Assembly: GCA_021735645.1 (NCBI GenBank)
Contig: JAIPGP010000005.1
Location: 1,908-65,907 of the forward strand
DNA from: Candidatus Cloacimonadota bacterium
GTDB taxonomy: Bacteria > Cloacimonadota > Cloacimonadia > Cloacimonadales > TCS61
Length of the DNA stretch: 64,000 nucleotides
Direction: 5' to 3'
The position numbers and the translations under genes are program-made. Shown here piece by piece: positions 28,948 to 39,129 of this stretch (its first letter is position 1; every line of letters starts with the position of its first letter). Under the pieces are notes generated by a model that worked only from the letters and a program-made list of their open reading frames with translations, was not told where the DNA came from and did no database searches.

Positions 28948-29555
28948 TAGAATTAAAAGAATTTGTGATAACTGGAGCACAGGAATTCAGGTTAAAGGCA
29001 GATAACCTGCAAATAAAGAGCGGGTTATTTATCCAGATCAATGGCAGTAATAATTCGGGAAAGAGCCTGCTGCTGAAGACCCTGGCAGGTTTATACAGTG
29101 ACTTTGAGGGTGAGCTTTATTATAATGGTGTTAAGGAAAAACCGGGGAACTACAGCGTTATACTGATAAATAATTTTGCGGCGGTGCTGCCCAAGAAAAG
29201 TGTGAAATATAACCTTAACCTGCCTTTAGGTAAAACAACAGCCAGGAAAACCAGGATTTTACTGGAACTGCTGAAAGATAGCGGACTGGATAAGTGCCTG
29301 GACTACAAGCTGAATACTCTTTCGGATTCACAAATAAAGATACTTGAGCTAATTCGGGCAATAATCCAGCAACCGCACTTTCTGCTGATAGATGATTTTG
29401 ATACTTATTTTGATAATGTAAGTCTTGATAATCTAACGAAAGCCTTTGATCATGCAGCCAAAGCTGGAACAGCGATAGTGATAACCACCAGAAAGAAATT
29501 TGAAGGAATCACTAACAGCTATACATTAAAATCCGGGGAAATAATTAAACAATGA
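28944..29555 (+). CDS. FtsE-like ABC ATPase with non-canonical catalytic motifs
   Basis: ATGA overlap with the upstream stop. Walker A GSNNSGKS; signature LSDSQ; Walker B FLLIDDF (DD instead of DE); switch region VITTRK (no His). Confidence 0.6.
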   Translation: MIELKEFVITGAQEFRLKADNLQIKSGLFIQINGSNNSGKSLLLKTLAGLYSDFEGELYYNGVKEKPGNYSVILINNFAAVLPKKSVKYNLNLPLGKTTARKTRILLELLKDSGLDKCLDYKLNTLSDSQIKILELIRAIIQQPHFLLIDDFDTYFDNVSLDNLTKAFDHAAKAGTAIVITTRKKFEGITNSYTLKSGEIIKQ

Positions 29556-30376
29556 AACTGAGATATATAGTTCAAATGCTGATAATTTTGATCCTGCTTC
29601 TATTCAATGACGGCATCTACAATTTACGGCAATACAGTCAAAAAGAGATATTGCAAAGAGCGGAAGAGGTTTATCTTGAGATCGAAGATATACCGGCAGT
29701 GATGATAGTAACGGAGGAAAACTCAGAGATTATCTATGATAACCTTCGTAATTTATACTTTGTGAAGCAGGTGATTAAACAGTCAAAACCTGAGATAATC
29801 GAGAGATTGAGTTCTCAGTATCGTCTGGAAGAAGCACATTCGCTTTTGAGCGAACTTAACCTGCCGGCAATTCTGGAGATACAATTTGATGGTGAAACCT
29901 TTTCGGCTACTGAATCCAGTTTATTTTTACAGGCTACAGAAAAGGAAGCCGGGATATTTCAGATAATTTATACAGAAGATGAGTATCATGAGAGCTGGCA
30001 GAAAATGGAAATGCTGCTACGGGTCAGTAGTTTGATCGAGAAATACTGGCGCTGGATTTACTGGGTATTTGCCGGGATAATTTTATTAATTGTGATTTAT
30101 TTCCGCAGCAGTTATGAAAACCGGCAGTCCCATTATTGGAGAGTATATTGCCGGGCGGGAGGTAATCCGCTGAAAAAAAGGATATTCAGGATACTGAACA
30201 GCGTATTTCTGGTTTTCGCACCTTTAATACTGGCTGTTGGAACTGAATATTATCTCTGGATATATCGGGTAGCGGGTTATATGCCGGATTTCCGGTTTCA
30301 GATAATCAGGTCAGCGGCTTTGCTTGCCGTAAGTTTGCTTACACTATTATTTATCAGGAGAGAAGATCATGATTAG
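29552..30376 (+). CDS. FtsX-like membrane protein
   Basis: ATGA coupling to the ATPase. Topology is TM1, a ~130-aa external domain, then 3 C-terminal TMs, as in FtsX. Confidence 0.5.
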   Translation: MKLRYIVQMLIILILLLFNDGIYNLRQYSQKEILQRAEEVYLEIEDIPAVMIVTEENSEIIYDNLRNLYFVKQVIKQSKPEIIERLSSQYRLEEAHSLLSELNLPAILEIQFDGETFSATESSLFLQATEKEAGIFQIIYTEDEYHESWQKMEMLLRVSSLIEKYWRWIYWVFAGIILLIVIYFRSSYENRQSHYWRVYCRAGGNPLKKRIFRILNSVFLVFAPLILAVGTEYYLWIYRVAGYMPDFRFQIIRSAALLAVSLLTLLFIRREDHD

Positions 30377-30941
30377 ATTTGTTCCTAATATATTAACAAT
30401 GCTGAGGATATTGCTGGTACCTGTATTTATCTGGTTTTTCTTTTATTCCAGAATCCCCCATAGCCTCATCTGGGCAGCAGTGATCTTTGTGATAGCGGAA
30501 ATAACTGATTATCTGGATGGGAAAATTGCCCGGAAATATAATGTGATCAGCAATTTTGGAAAAGTGATGGACCCCCTGGCAGATAAGATACTCACGGGAA
30601 CAGCTCTGATTGGTATCGCGGTACCCCCCTTTCAATTGATAAGTGTTGTGACAGTGATTGTGATAATTTTCCGGGAAGTGGCTGTATCTATCCTGCGTCA
30701 GGTATATGTGAAAAGAAAAATATATCTTCCGGCTAATAACTGGGGCAAGATTAAGACAGTCAGCCAGATGACTGGTTTAACTATCACGATAATCTATCTG
30801 GCCCTTGTAAACGTGGAAAACTATGTGATATCGATGATAATCTATTATTATTTCTGGCTGGTAGCTCTTATAACCGCTTTATCGGGAGTCAGTTATTTTA
30901 TACCCTTATTTTTCCCAGCCAGAAATGGAGAAAGTAAATGA
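30369..30941 (+). CDS. pgsA: CDP-diacylglycerol--glycerol-3-phosphate 3-phosphatidyltransferase
   Basis: CDP-alcohol phosphatidyltransferase motif DYLDGKIARKYNVISNFGKVMDPLADK. Confidence 0.88.
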   Translation: MIRFVPNILTMLRILLVPVFIWFFFYSRIPHSLIWAAVIFVIAEITDYLDGKIARKYNVISNFGKVMDPLADKILTGTALIGIAVPPFQLISVVTVIVIIFREVAVSILRQVYVKRKIYLPANNWGKIKTVSQMTGLTITIIYLALVNVENYVISMIIYYYFWLVALITALSGVSYFIPLFFPARNGESK

Positions 30942-31984
30942 GAAGGATAATTCTGATAATACTGGCTGTTCTGGTTCTGTCATCCTGCGGCAATCAGGAG
31001 AAGGGAGCTTCTTCTGCCTATAAAGGAGCAGTGAAAGACCGCAAAAAGCCATTATCATGGGGTAAACAGCAGAAGATATTTGTATTTGCTGATGATAATG
31101 TCTGGAAATATGCTGAAAATCCACTGCGGCAGACAATAGAAAGAACCTTTTATACTACTATAAATGAAAAGATGTTTACTCTGGAAAGAGTGCCGGTTGG
31201 CAAGCTGGAAGACCATTTCCGGTTTAATAATCTTTTATTTTATTGTGATGCATCTTCCGAACAGGAAGTGTCTAAATTCGTGAAAGAAAGACTGGGTGCC
31301 AGGATTGAGGAAAAAATTGCTGCTGATGGTGGTGCAATTTATCCGGCGTTTAATGTCTGGGCAGATGACCAGCTTGTTTTATTTGTTGTAGGCGAAACGG
31401 AAGAGAGCTTATTGAAGCTGAATATTTTGCAGGCTAATGAGATTTGGGAAATGTACCGACAGCGCTATTATAAGCGAGTGGAATATCAGGTGTATCGGTC
31501 ACGTCAAAAGCCATTAACAAATTTTGCTGAGCAAATATGGGAAATAGATTTACCCGCTCGATATGTGCTTTATAAAAAAGATGATATCAGGCATTTCAGG
31601 TCATATCTTGCCCGTTCAGACAAGCAGCCGGATCGTTTTCTATCAATTTACCATGAAGACATGCCGGAAAACATCCTCTCCAGAGACTGGCTGATTGATA
31701 AGAGAAATGCTCTGGCAGGCAAATATTATGATGGGGATAAATTTGACCGGCAGGATGTGACGATAAGCAGCTGCAGTATTGCCGGGTATGAAGGACTAAA
31801 ATTGATGGGTCGCTGGCAGAATGATAAGCATGCAATGGGTGGGGCATTTGCCTGTTTTGCTTTCTGGGAGCCAGAACTGAAACAGGTATTTATTATTGAT
31901 AATTCAGTCTATTATCCTGAAGGTGACAAACTGCCTGCTTTGATCGAACTGGAGATTATCAGTAATTCACTGCGAATCAAGTAA
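30938..31984 (+). CDS. Lipoprotein of unknown function
   Basis: ATGA coupling; lipobox LVLSSC; no motif that I recognise. Confidence 0.6.
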   Translation: MRRIILIILAVLVLSSCGNQEKGASSAYKGAVKDRKKPLSWGKQQKIFVFADDNVWKYAENPLRQTIERTFYTTINEKMFTLERVPVGKLEDHFRFNNLLFYCDASSEQEVSKFVKERLGARIEEKIAADGGAIYPAFNVWADDQLVLFVVGETEESLLKLNILQANEIWEMYRQRYYKRVEYQVYRSRQKPLTNFAEQIWEIDLPARYVLYKKDDIRHFRSYLARSDKQPDRFLSIYHEDMPENILSRDWLIDKRNALAGKYYDGDKFDRQDVTISSCSIAGYEGLKLMGRWQNDKHAMGGAFACFAFWEPELKQVFIIDNSVYYPEGDKLPALIELEIISNSLRIK

Positions 31985-33216
31985 TGAAATCTGCTATAGA
32001 AAAGATAAAAAAAATTATTACCGGCACTGAATTTGAAGGTAATACCTATATCGCCGGAGGTTACGTTCGGGATCTGGTTCTGAAAAACAATAACAGCGAT
32101 CTTGATATTGCTGTGTCTCTGCCTCAGGGCGGTATTAGATTAGCAGCACTATTACATCGCCATAAAGTAGCCACCGAACCTGTTATCTTTGAGCAGTTTG
32201 GTACGGCATTAGTAGAAATGAACGGTCATAAAATTGAGTTTGTGATGACCCGCAATGAGAGCTACCGTAAAGGCAGCAGAAAACCCACTACTAATCCTGG
32301 CACATTACTGGAAGATATTAGCAGACGAGATTTCACGATCAATTCTCTGGTGATGGATATTTTGACTGGTAAAATACTTGATCTCACTGGCAGGGGACTA
32401 AAGGATATTGAGGATAAAATTATCAGGGCAACATCAGACCCTGATTTTATATTCCATGATGATCCTTTGCGGATATTACGGGCTGTGCGCTTTGCTAACA
32501 GACTGCAGTTTAAAATCGAGAAATTAACTGCTATTGCCATGAAGAAAGACAGTGGTGAGCTGGCGGGAATTTCCTGGGAAAGAAGACGTGATGAATTCAT
32601 TAAAATACTGCTCTCAAACACTCCACAAAAGGGGATTGAACTGCTTTTTGAATATAAACTGATGCAGTACATCATCCCGGAACTGGATAACCAGAAGGAT
32701 AACATTAATTATAATGAGATCAATGCTCTGCCGGCTTCGGAAGAAATGCGGCTGGCGGCACTTTTACAGAATGCTGCTATTCAAACCGAAGAGGATATCA
32801 TCAGCATTATCATCGATAGATTAAGGCTGTCAAATAGAGTGAAATTCAAGGTCAATTTTTTAGTGAAATACTGCCATTGTTTCGCACCCGCAAATAATTG
32901 TGATAGCGATGATCTTCAAGTCCGGAAATTAATCTATGATCATCAAGCTCTACTTACACTTTTTATTCAGTATTACACAGTTTTTGCCCGTTCCGGTAAC
33001 TGGCAGGATCAACCTCAAAAGCTAATTGCAGAGATTAGGGGTATTGAGACAGAATTAGAAGGTCGCAGTTTTCCACTGAATGGGAATATCATCAAGCAGG
33101 AATTTGAAATTCCGGAATGTGAGGAAATTGGCAGGATAAAAGAGAAAGGCTTAAATATCTGGCTGAAACGTCCTGATATCAGTAAAGCAGAGCTTCTTAA
33201 GCTGCTGAAACAGTAA
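31984..33216 (+). CDS. CCA-adding enzyme / poly(A) polymerase family nucleotidyltransferase
   Basis: GGYVRDLVL...DLDIAV, RRDFTINSL, DPLRILRAVRFA. Confidence 0.8.
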   Translation: MKSAIEKIKKIITGTEFEGNTYIAGGYVRDLVLKNNNSDLDIAVSLPQGGIRLAALLHRHKVATEPVIFEQFGTALVEMNGHKIEFVMTRNESYRKGSRKPTTNPGTLLEDISRRDFTINSLVMDILTGKILDLTGRGLKDIEDKIIRATSDPDFIFHDDPLRILRAVRFANRLQFKIEKLTAIAMKKDSGELAGISWERRRDEFIKILLSNTPQKGIELLFEYKLMQYIIPELDNQKDNINYNEINALPASEEMRLAALLQNAAIQTEEDIISIIIDRLRLSNRVKFKVNFLVKYCHCFAPANNCDSDDLQVRKLIYDHQALLTLFIQYYTVFARSGNWQDQPQKLIAEIRGIETELEGRSFPLNGNIIKQEFEIPECEEIGRIKEKGLNIWLKRPDISKAELLKLLKQ

Positions 33217-33225
33217 AATTATTCT

Positions 33226-33759
33226 CTACAATTTCCAGAAAGCTTTACTAATTATGCGGTAATGCGGCTGATAATTCTGCCGGTATATTTCACTGTGATG
33301 TACTCCGGTTTTCTGTCTGGCAAAATCATCCAGCTTATTTTTGTCATTCTTAATAAGCCCATTATATTCCCTGATAATGATCTTAGTGATATTTTCCCAG
33401 TGTTCATGCCAGGGCAACGGTTGAAAAAGTTCAAGACGCGAACTGCGCCAAAAAAGATCAGCCATCTCTTCTATTGTGAAATTGCCCCAGGTTATCCACC
33501 TGATATCTACTCGAATAAAATTGTTTAAACAGCCTATCTCCTGAATTCCGGGTGCTGAACCTGTCGGGTCAGAAAACTCATCAAGCTCACGGATCAAGGA
33601 GATAATAATATTATTTTTATCAGAAAAAAAATGCCCCGGACCAAAGTAATCCTGATAAAAGAGTTTATAGATATCAACCGGTTGTGCCTGCGGGAATTTG
33701 CTTAATTCTTTTTGAATAAGGTCAGTAATCTTATTCTGGAAATCTTGATCTGTTTTCAT
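33226..33759 (-). CDS. Hypothetical protein
   Basis: Clean 177-aa ORF convergent with the cca-family gene. No motif recognised. Confidence 0.5.
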   Translation of the reverse strand: MKTDQDFQNKITDLIQKELSKFPQAQPVDIYKLFYQDYFGPGHFFSDKNNIIISLIRELDEFSDPTGSAPGIQEIGCLNNFIRVDIRWITWGNFTIEEMADLFWRSSRLELFQPLPWHEHWENITKIIIREYNGLIKNDKNKLDDFARQKTGVHHSEIYRQNYQPHYRIISKAFWKL

Positions 33760-33807
33760 TAATAAGTCAGGAAGACAGCATTAATTGCTGTCTTCCTGAT
33801 AGATTAT

Positions 33808-35472
33808 TTAGATTCTGTTTATGATATCTTGTTCAATAGCAGAGGCTTTCTTTTCAATAGAACTGAGCAGTTTTTCAGAATTATCCATCACATTCTGTTT
33901 AAAAGCTTCATCAGTTATTCCTGCCATATTAATTTTCACATTAAGGAAAGCGCTTTTTGCTGCTGCTGCTGCGGTGATTGCTGCTACACCAGCATCAGAT
34001 AGGGCATTACTATTTCCTATTGCTGCTATTTCTGCGGCAAGTTCCACTGCTTGAAATGCCAGCTCCAGGGTAGCTAAAGGTACCATAATAGCACCCTTGG
34101 TGGCTTCCTGAATTGCCTGATTGCGGACTAATATTTCCGCATCTGTTTTCCGGGACAACTTAATGGCTGCCATCATTTCATTAAAGGCTTCCGTATCCTC
34201 ATCTATGGCAGACATTGCTTTAGCTTTGATGCTTTGACCTTTTTCAGCAATAGGCTTCACTGCCTCCCAATGAGCTTCATAACCCTTTTTGCCAAATGTG
34301 AGATTTGCCACCATACTGCTTAGTGCCCCAGAAATAGAAAGGCATAAAGCCGCCACACTCCCACCCCCAGGAGCCGGGGTATCAGTTGAAAGTTCGTCAG
34401 CAAATTCCATCAGCGTCATATCTGCCAGTTTATTATCTTCTTTTATGGCATACTCTATCACCTTTTTATCAAGTTGAAATTTATAGAGATCGTCCAGACC
34501 CATTGATTGCACAGCAGTAGTTAAAATCATTTTTTCCGGTAAACCGGCACATTCACCTAATCTATTCAGATAATATTTTCCGGCTTCCAGCATGGCTTCT
34601 TTGGGCAGTAAGCCCACTATCTCGCTGCCAGTGATCTGGATACCATTGGCAACTGCCAGTTCCCGCACTTTTTCCAGCACCAGGTGAGGTGGAGTGACCT
34701 TATAATTTGTGAGATTGATAGAAATCTGGGCTCTTTGAAAATCTTCCACATACCAGCCAACCGCTTTACAATTAGAGAATAGTCCTTCTGTCATGACTTT
34801 TTTACCATCTTTATCTTTGATCAGCTTACCATTTTGATCGCGGGTCACGCGTCCTTTTTCCCGAATAGTCAATGCCAGGTCATGAGCTTTTTTCTGATCG
34901 CGGCTATTAAGATTAATATTATAAGCAATCAGGAATTCACGAGCACCTATTGCCAGTGCACCACTTTTAGCGTTAAAGGTGTGAGGTCCAAAATCCGGCT
35001 GCCACTCCGGCTTGCCTACTCTGCCTGCCAGTCCTTCATATTCACCTTTTCTCACCTCTGCCAGGTTCTGCCATTTCGGTTTACTGGCAGCATATTCATA
35101 GAGATATACAGGTATTTGCAGCTCTTCACCTACCCGTTTTCCAAGTTTACGGGCTAATTCCACACATTCTTCCATACTGATATCAGAGACAGGAACAAAG
35201 GGACATACATCAGTAGCACCAAAGCGGGGATGTGCTCCCGTATGTTTACTCATATCAATTAGTTCTGACGCCTTTTTTATGGCGATAAAAGCAGCTTCCA
35301 AAACACTCTCGGGACTGCCAACCATGGTAAATACTGTTCGATTTGTGCTTTCTCCCGGGTCAACATCCAGCAGAGTAACTCCTTTTACTGTGTTTATCAC
35401 TGCTGAAATAGCATCAAGAATACCTTGATCTCTACCTTCCGAGAAATTCGGTACGCATTCAACTAACTTCAT
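33808..35472 (-). CDS. Formimidoyltransferase-cyclodeaminase (bifunctional FTCD-type)
   Basis: MKLVECVPNFSEGRD...THPRFGATDVCPFVP (formiminotransferase) plus a C-terminal helical cyclodeaminase domain (PAPGGGSVAAL). The internal ATG at 35472 gives the canonical N-terminus. Confidence 0.88.
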   Translation of the reverse strand: MKLVECVPNFSEGRDQGILDAISAVINTVKGVTLLDVDPGESTNRTVFTMVGSPESVLEAAFIAIKKASELIDMSKHTGAHPRFGATDVCPFVPVSDISMEECVELARKLGKRVGEELQIPVYLYEYAASKPKWQNLAEVRKGEYEGLAGRVGKPEWQPDFGPHTFNAKSGALAIGAREFLIAYNINLNSRDQKKAHDLALTIREKGRVTRDQNGKLIKDKDGKKVMTEGLFSNCKAVGWYVEDFQRAQISINLTNYKVTPPHLVLEKVRELAVANGIQITGSEIVGLLPKEAMLEAGKYYLNRLGECAGLPEKMILTTAVQSMGLDDLYKFQLDKKVIEYAIKEDNKLADMTLMEFADELSTDTPAPGGGSVAALCLSISGALSSMVANLTFGKKGYEAHWEAVKPIAEKGQSIKAKAMSAIDEDTEAFNEMMAAIKLSRKTDAEILVRNQAIQEATKGAIMVPLATLELAFQAVELAAEIAAIGNSNALSDAGVAAITAAAAAKSAFLNVKINMAGITDEAFKQNVMDNSEKLLSSIEKKASAIEQDIINRI

Positions 35473-36712
35473 TATTTCCTCCAGATTTAGCTTTATTATA
35501 TAATTCTTTTCCCTGTATCCAGGTACTCTCAATTTTTATTTCCTGGTTAAGATAGATCAGCAGCGATAATATATCTTCGCTATCAACTGCTGTTTTGAAA
35601 AACTCATCATGCTGCAAAAATACCAGATCCGCTTCTTTACCCGCTTCCAATGAGCCTATTTTGCTTTCCAGCCCCAGTAAAACGGCATTGCCCAGAGTTC
35701 CATGGTAAAACGCCTTTGCCGGAGTAAATGTTGATTTGTCCAGAATATAATCGGCAAATTTCATCATTTTCAGCATACTGAGGTCCGTTCCGGCACCCAC
35801 ATCGCTTCCCAGCCCTACTCTGATACCGCTTTCCTCTATTTCGTTCCACTTAAAGCGGCCGCTCTTGAGAAAAAAATTGGAATCAGGACAAAAGGCAATA
35901 CCGGTATCTGTGGCCCGCAAACATTCTATTTCCTGCCTGGCAAGATGGATTCCATGCCCCATTATACTACGGTTTCCCAGTAAACCATATTTTTCATATA
36001 ATGCAGTATAACTGCTGTTGCCGGGAAATAAATCTAATACCTGCTCTATCTCAAAAGTATTCTCTGATAAATGCGACTGTAAACGGGCAGTCAAAGATTT
36101 TACCAGATTACCTGTTTCCTCTAAAAGCTCGGCACTGCAGGTAATGGCAAAACGCGGTGAGAATATATAATCCAAAAGTCCTTTATCATGCCACTTATCC
36201 CAAAGCTCACAGCTTGCCCGAATTGATGCAGCCGTCTCCTGCTTTAAATAGTCAGGACAGTTTCTATCCATCATGGTCATTCCGATAATACTGCGGACTC
36301 CTGCTGCTTCCGCCACTTTAAAAGCGGTTTCACAGGCTGCAGGATAAGGTGACGTGTAAACCACGCTGGTAGTTGTTCCTTTTGCCAGGGATTGCTGATA
36401 AAAATCCTGCGCTATCTGCTCACTGAATTTGGCATCCCGGGACATTCCTTCTGCCGGAAATGTATGTTTGTGCAGCCATTGCATCAAATCCGGAGCATAT
36501 TTCCCCCGAATATAAAGTTGTGATAGATGAACATGAGAATCGATCAGCCCAGGAATACACAGACAATCAGTTTTATCCAGACATTCAACTTGTGGTGCTG
36601 TTTCACTGACAGCAAATATCTTACCGGCTGAAATCGTTATATAACACTTCGGAATATAGATTATATCACCATTGGCAATAGGAGTTAAAATATTGGTAGC
36701 TATACAGTTCAT
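35459..36712 (-). CDS. Amidohydrolase, guanine-deaminase-like
   Basis: PGLIDSHVHLSQ...LMQWL..HTFPAE, LQSHLSEN, GHGIHL, CPDSN, GLGSDVGAGT. Confidence 0.7.
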   Translation of the reverse strand: MNCIATNILTPIANGDIIYIPKCYITISAGKIFAVSETAPQVECLDKTDCLCIPGLIDSHVHLSQLYIRGKYAPDLMQWLHKHTFPAEGMSRDAKFSEQIAQDFYQQSLAKGTTTSVVYTSPYPAACETAFKVAEAAGVRSIIGMTMMDRNCPDYLKQETAASIRASCELWDKWHDKGLLDYIFSPRFAITCSAELLEETGNLVKSLTARLQSHLSENTFEIEQVLDLFPGNSSYTALYEKYGLLGNRSIMGHGIHLARQEIECLRATDTGIAFCPDSNFFLKSGRFKWNEIEESGIRVGLGSDVGAGTDLSMLKMMKFADYILDKSTFTPAKAFYHGTLGNAVLLGLESKIGSLEAGKEADLVFLQHDEFFKTAVDSEDILSLLIYLNQEIKIESTWIQGKELYNKAKSGGNNEVS

Positions 36713-36722
36713 TACTGAATCA

Positions 36723-37967
36723 TTATCTCTTGATCAATTTTACCTGTTTGATCTTTTTTTTCGTTGCCTTGTTCACTAGTAAAGTATATTTCCCTACATC
36801 TAATTTGCTGTTGACCTTTGGTATGCGAGCCAGACGGTCTATGATCAAGCCGGCAATAGTTTCATAATCTCCTGCCGGTAACTGCATATCATAATTATCA
36901 TTTAATATATCTATCTCAGTATCACCATTTATCAGATATGAGCCATCAGGCAGCAATTCCAATTCATTTTCTTCCACGTCATATTCGTCTTCTATTTCTC
37001 CTACCAGTTCTTCCATTATATCTTCAATAGTAACCATACCCGCAGTACCACCATAAGAATCCATCACAATAGCCACACTGCGTTTTTTTGCCTGTAAATC
37101 TGCCAGCAGGGAATCCACATTCATTGTCTCTGGAACGAACATCACAGGACGCATAAAATCTGAGGCGGTCTCTTTGCTGCCTGCCACGCGTCTTAAAAGA
37201 TCATAGATTATCAACACTCCCTTGATATTATCAATATCTCCATCATAAACGGGAAAACGGGTAAATCCTTCTTTCCGGGACAATGCTATCACTTCATCGA
37301 CAGGTGTGTCCTGATCTACTGCCATAATCTCTGTCCGGTGCGTCATTACATTTTCTGCTTTCAATTCCCTAAATTCCAGAGCTTCTTCCAGTAAATCCTT
37401 TTGATTGATCTCTGAACTGTTTTCACTGGTCTCACTTTCTGATACCATGAAGCTAAGGTCTTCACGACTGACTCTCAGCAGATTATCTGTTTCCTTTAAA
37501 CCAAATAGTTTAGATACTTTCAGATTGATAAAGGTAACTATTCTGATAAAGGGACTAAGCAGAAAACCAAAGAACTTCAAGATTTCAAAATTCTTGGCTA
37601 CCAGCTTGTTAGGATGTTCGCGAAACAAAGCTTTAGGGATGATCTCGGCAAATATCAGTAATATAAATGAAACTATCAGCGTACCAGCATGATCAGATAT
37701 CTTCCAGGAAAAATCGTCCCGCAAAGAGTTTAATAATAGCATTGTCAAAGATGATACGATAACTATCGAGAAGTTAGTTCCGATCAGAGTCGTGCCAAAG
37801 AGCTTATCCGGCTTTCTTAAAAAGTTCAGTATCTGTTTTTTCTTCTGATTGTTCTTAGCTTCCTGTTCCAGCTTCAATTTATCAAGGGAAATCAAGCCTG
37901 TTTCCATCCCGGAAAAAAAGGCTGATAAGAAAATAAATAAAATTATTATTATGATTATTATGACCAT
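36723..37967 (-). CDS. CNNM/CorC-family transporter-associated protein (DUF21 + CBS pair + CorC_HlyC)
   Basis: N-terminal 4-TM DUF21, then CBS region (VMTHRTEI...), then C-terminal GDTEIDILND...ETIAGLIIDRLARIP. Confidence 0.85.
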   Translation of the reverse strand: MVIIIIIIILFIFLSAFFSGMETGLISLDKLKLEQEAKNNQKKKQILNFLRKPDKLFGTTLIGTNFSIVIVSSLTMLLLNSLRDDFSWKISDHAGTLIVSFILLIFAEIIPKALFREHPNKLVAKNFEILKFFGFLLSPFIRIVTFINLKVSKLFGLKETDNLLRVSREDLSFMVSESETSENSSEINQKDLLEEALEFRELKAENVMTHRTEIMAVDQDTPVDEVIALSRKEGFTRFPVYDGDIDNIKGVLIIYDLLRRVAGSKETASDFMRPVMFVPETMNVDSLLADLQAKKRSVAIVMDSYGGTAGMVTIEDIMEELVGEIEDEYDVEENELELLPDGSYLINGDTEIDILNDNYDMQLPAGDYETIAGLIIDRLARIPKVNSKLDVGKYTLLVNKATKKKIKQVKLIKR

Positions 37968-38061
37968 GGTCTATTTGTGATGCAGTCCTGACTGCAGAGC
38001 ATTATCTATTAGACAGTGCTCATTGTCTTCTTTATCAGTTTTTGCGTTCTCTTTGTTCTTT

Positions 38062-39129
38062 TTACCCATTTACCTGTTCATTCCGGTGTGCTATTTTTAA
38101 TGCCTCTATAAATTCTTCTATCTCGCCGGTCAATATCGTACTTAGTTTATATGATGTCAAATTTATTCTGTGATCAGTCACTCTCGACTGCGGAAAATTA
38201 TAAGTCCGTATCTTGGCACTGCGGTCACCAGTGCCTACCTGAGTTCGCCGGTCTGCTGCTATTTCCGACTCATGTTTAAGTATCTCCTGATCCAAAAGAC
38301 GTGAACGCAATACCTTCATTGCTTTGTTCTTATTCTTTAATTGTGATTTCTCATCCTGGCAGGTAACTACAATGCCTGAGGGCAGATGTGTGATCCGCAC
38401 AGCAGAATCCGTAGTATTCACACTTTGACCACCATGACCTGATGATCTATATACATCTATCTTCAAATCTCTTTCATTTATCTCAAGATCTACTTCATCT
38501 GCTTCCGGCAATACCGCCACAGATATTGCCGAGGTATGTACTCTGCCCTGGGATTCTGTTACTGGTATGCGCTGCACCCGGTGTACTCCACTTTCCCAAC
38601 GCATAGTGCCATACACCCCGTCTCCGCTCAAGGAAAATATTATCTCCTTAAATCCTCCTACTCCTGTGGGATTTGAGGACAGCACGGTCTGTTTCCAACC
38701 CTGTTTCTCGCCAAAATAACTGTACATACGGTAGAGGTCTGCACAGAATAATGCTGCCTCATCACCTCCGGTTCCTGCCCGAATCTCCACAATTGCATCT
38801 TTGAAATCATTTGGATCCTTAGGAATCATTAATTCTCTCAGCTCTTCCTGCACACTTTCCAGTTTACCCCGCAACTCTTCATTTTCTTCCTCAGCCATTT
38901 CATGAAGTTCTTTTTCTTCTTCTTTATTCAATATTTCCTGATTTTCTTTTATTGTCTGCTGCAATCTGAGATATTCATCCACTATCTGTAAAATGTTCTG
39001 CAACTCTTTATAACGCCTCGATATCTGGGTATAAAGACGCTTGTCAGTCATTTTAACCGGATCATAAACATCTTTCTCCAGAACTTGCATCTCCTGACGC
39101 AGTTTCTCTATTTTCTCTACTGGAATCAT
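38062..39129 (-). CDS. prfA: Peptide chain release factor 1
   Basis: GGQ motif ([23 protein letters not shown]) and the RF1-type PVT tripeptide ([14 protein letters not shown]). Confidence 0.93.
   Translation of the reverse strand: MIPVEKIEKLRQEMQVLEKDVYDPVKMTDKRLYTQISRRYKELQNILQIVDEYLRLQQTIKENQEILNKEEEKELHEMAEEENEELRGKLESVQEELRELMIPKDPNDFKDAIVEIRAGTGGDEAALFCADLYRMYSYFGEKQGWKQTVLSSNPTGVGGFKEIIFSLSGDGVYGTMRWESGVHRVQRIPVTESQGRVHTSAISVAVLPEADEVDLEINERDLKIDVYRSSGHGGQSVNTTDSAVRITHLPSGIVVTCQDEKSQLKNKNKAMKVLRSRLLDQEILKHESEIAADRRTQVGTGDRSAKIRTYNFPQSRVTDHRINLTSYKLSTILTGEIEEFIEALKIAHRNEQVNG

Noticed and set aside
33262-33528. 88-aa plus-strand ORF overlapping the 177-aa minus-strand hypothetical gene.
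   Set aside because: It is shorter than the minus-strand ORF, lacks an SD, and would run convergent into it. The minus-strand ORF has the more protein-like composition. Neither has a recognised function.
38062-39129. Possible programmed +1 frameshift, as in prfB.
   Set aside because: The gene is RF1 (PVT motif) with a single uninterrupted ORF. The frameshift mechanism applies to RF2 only.
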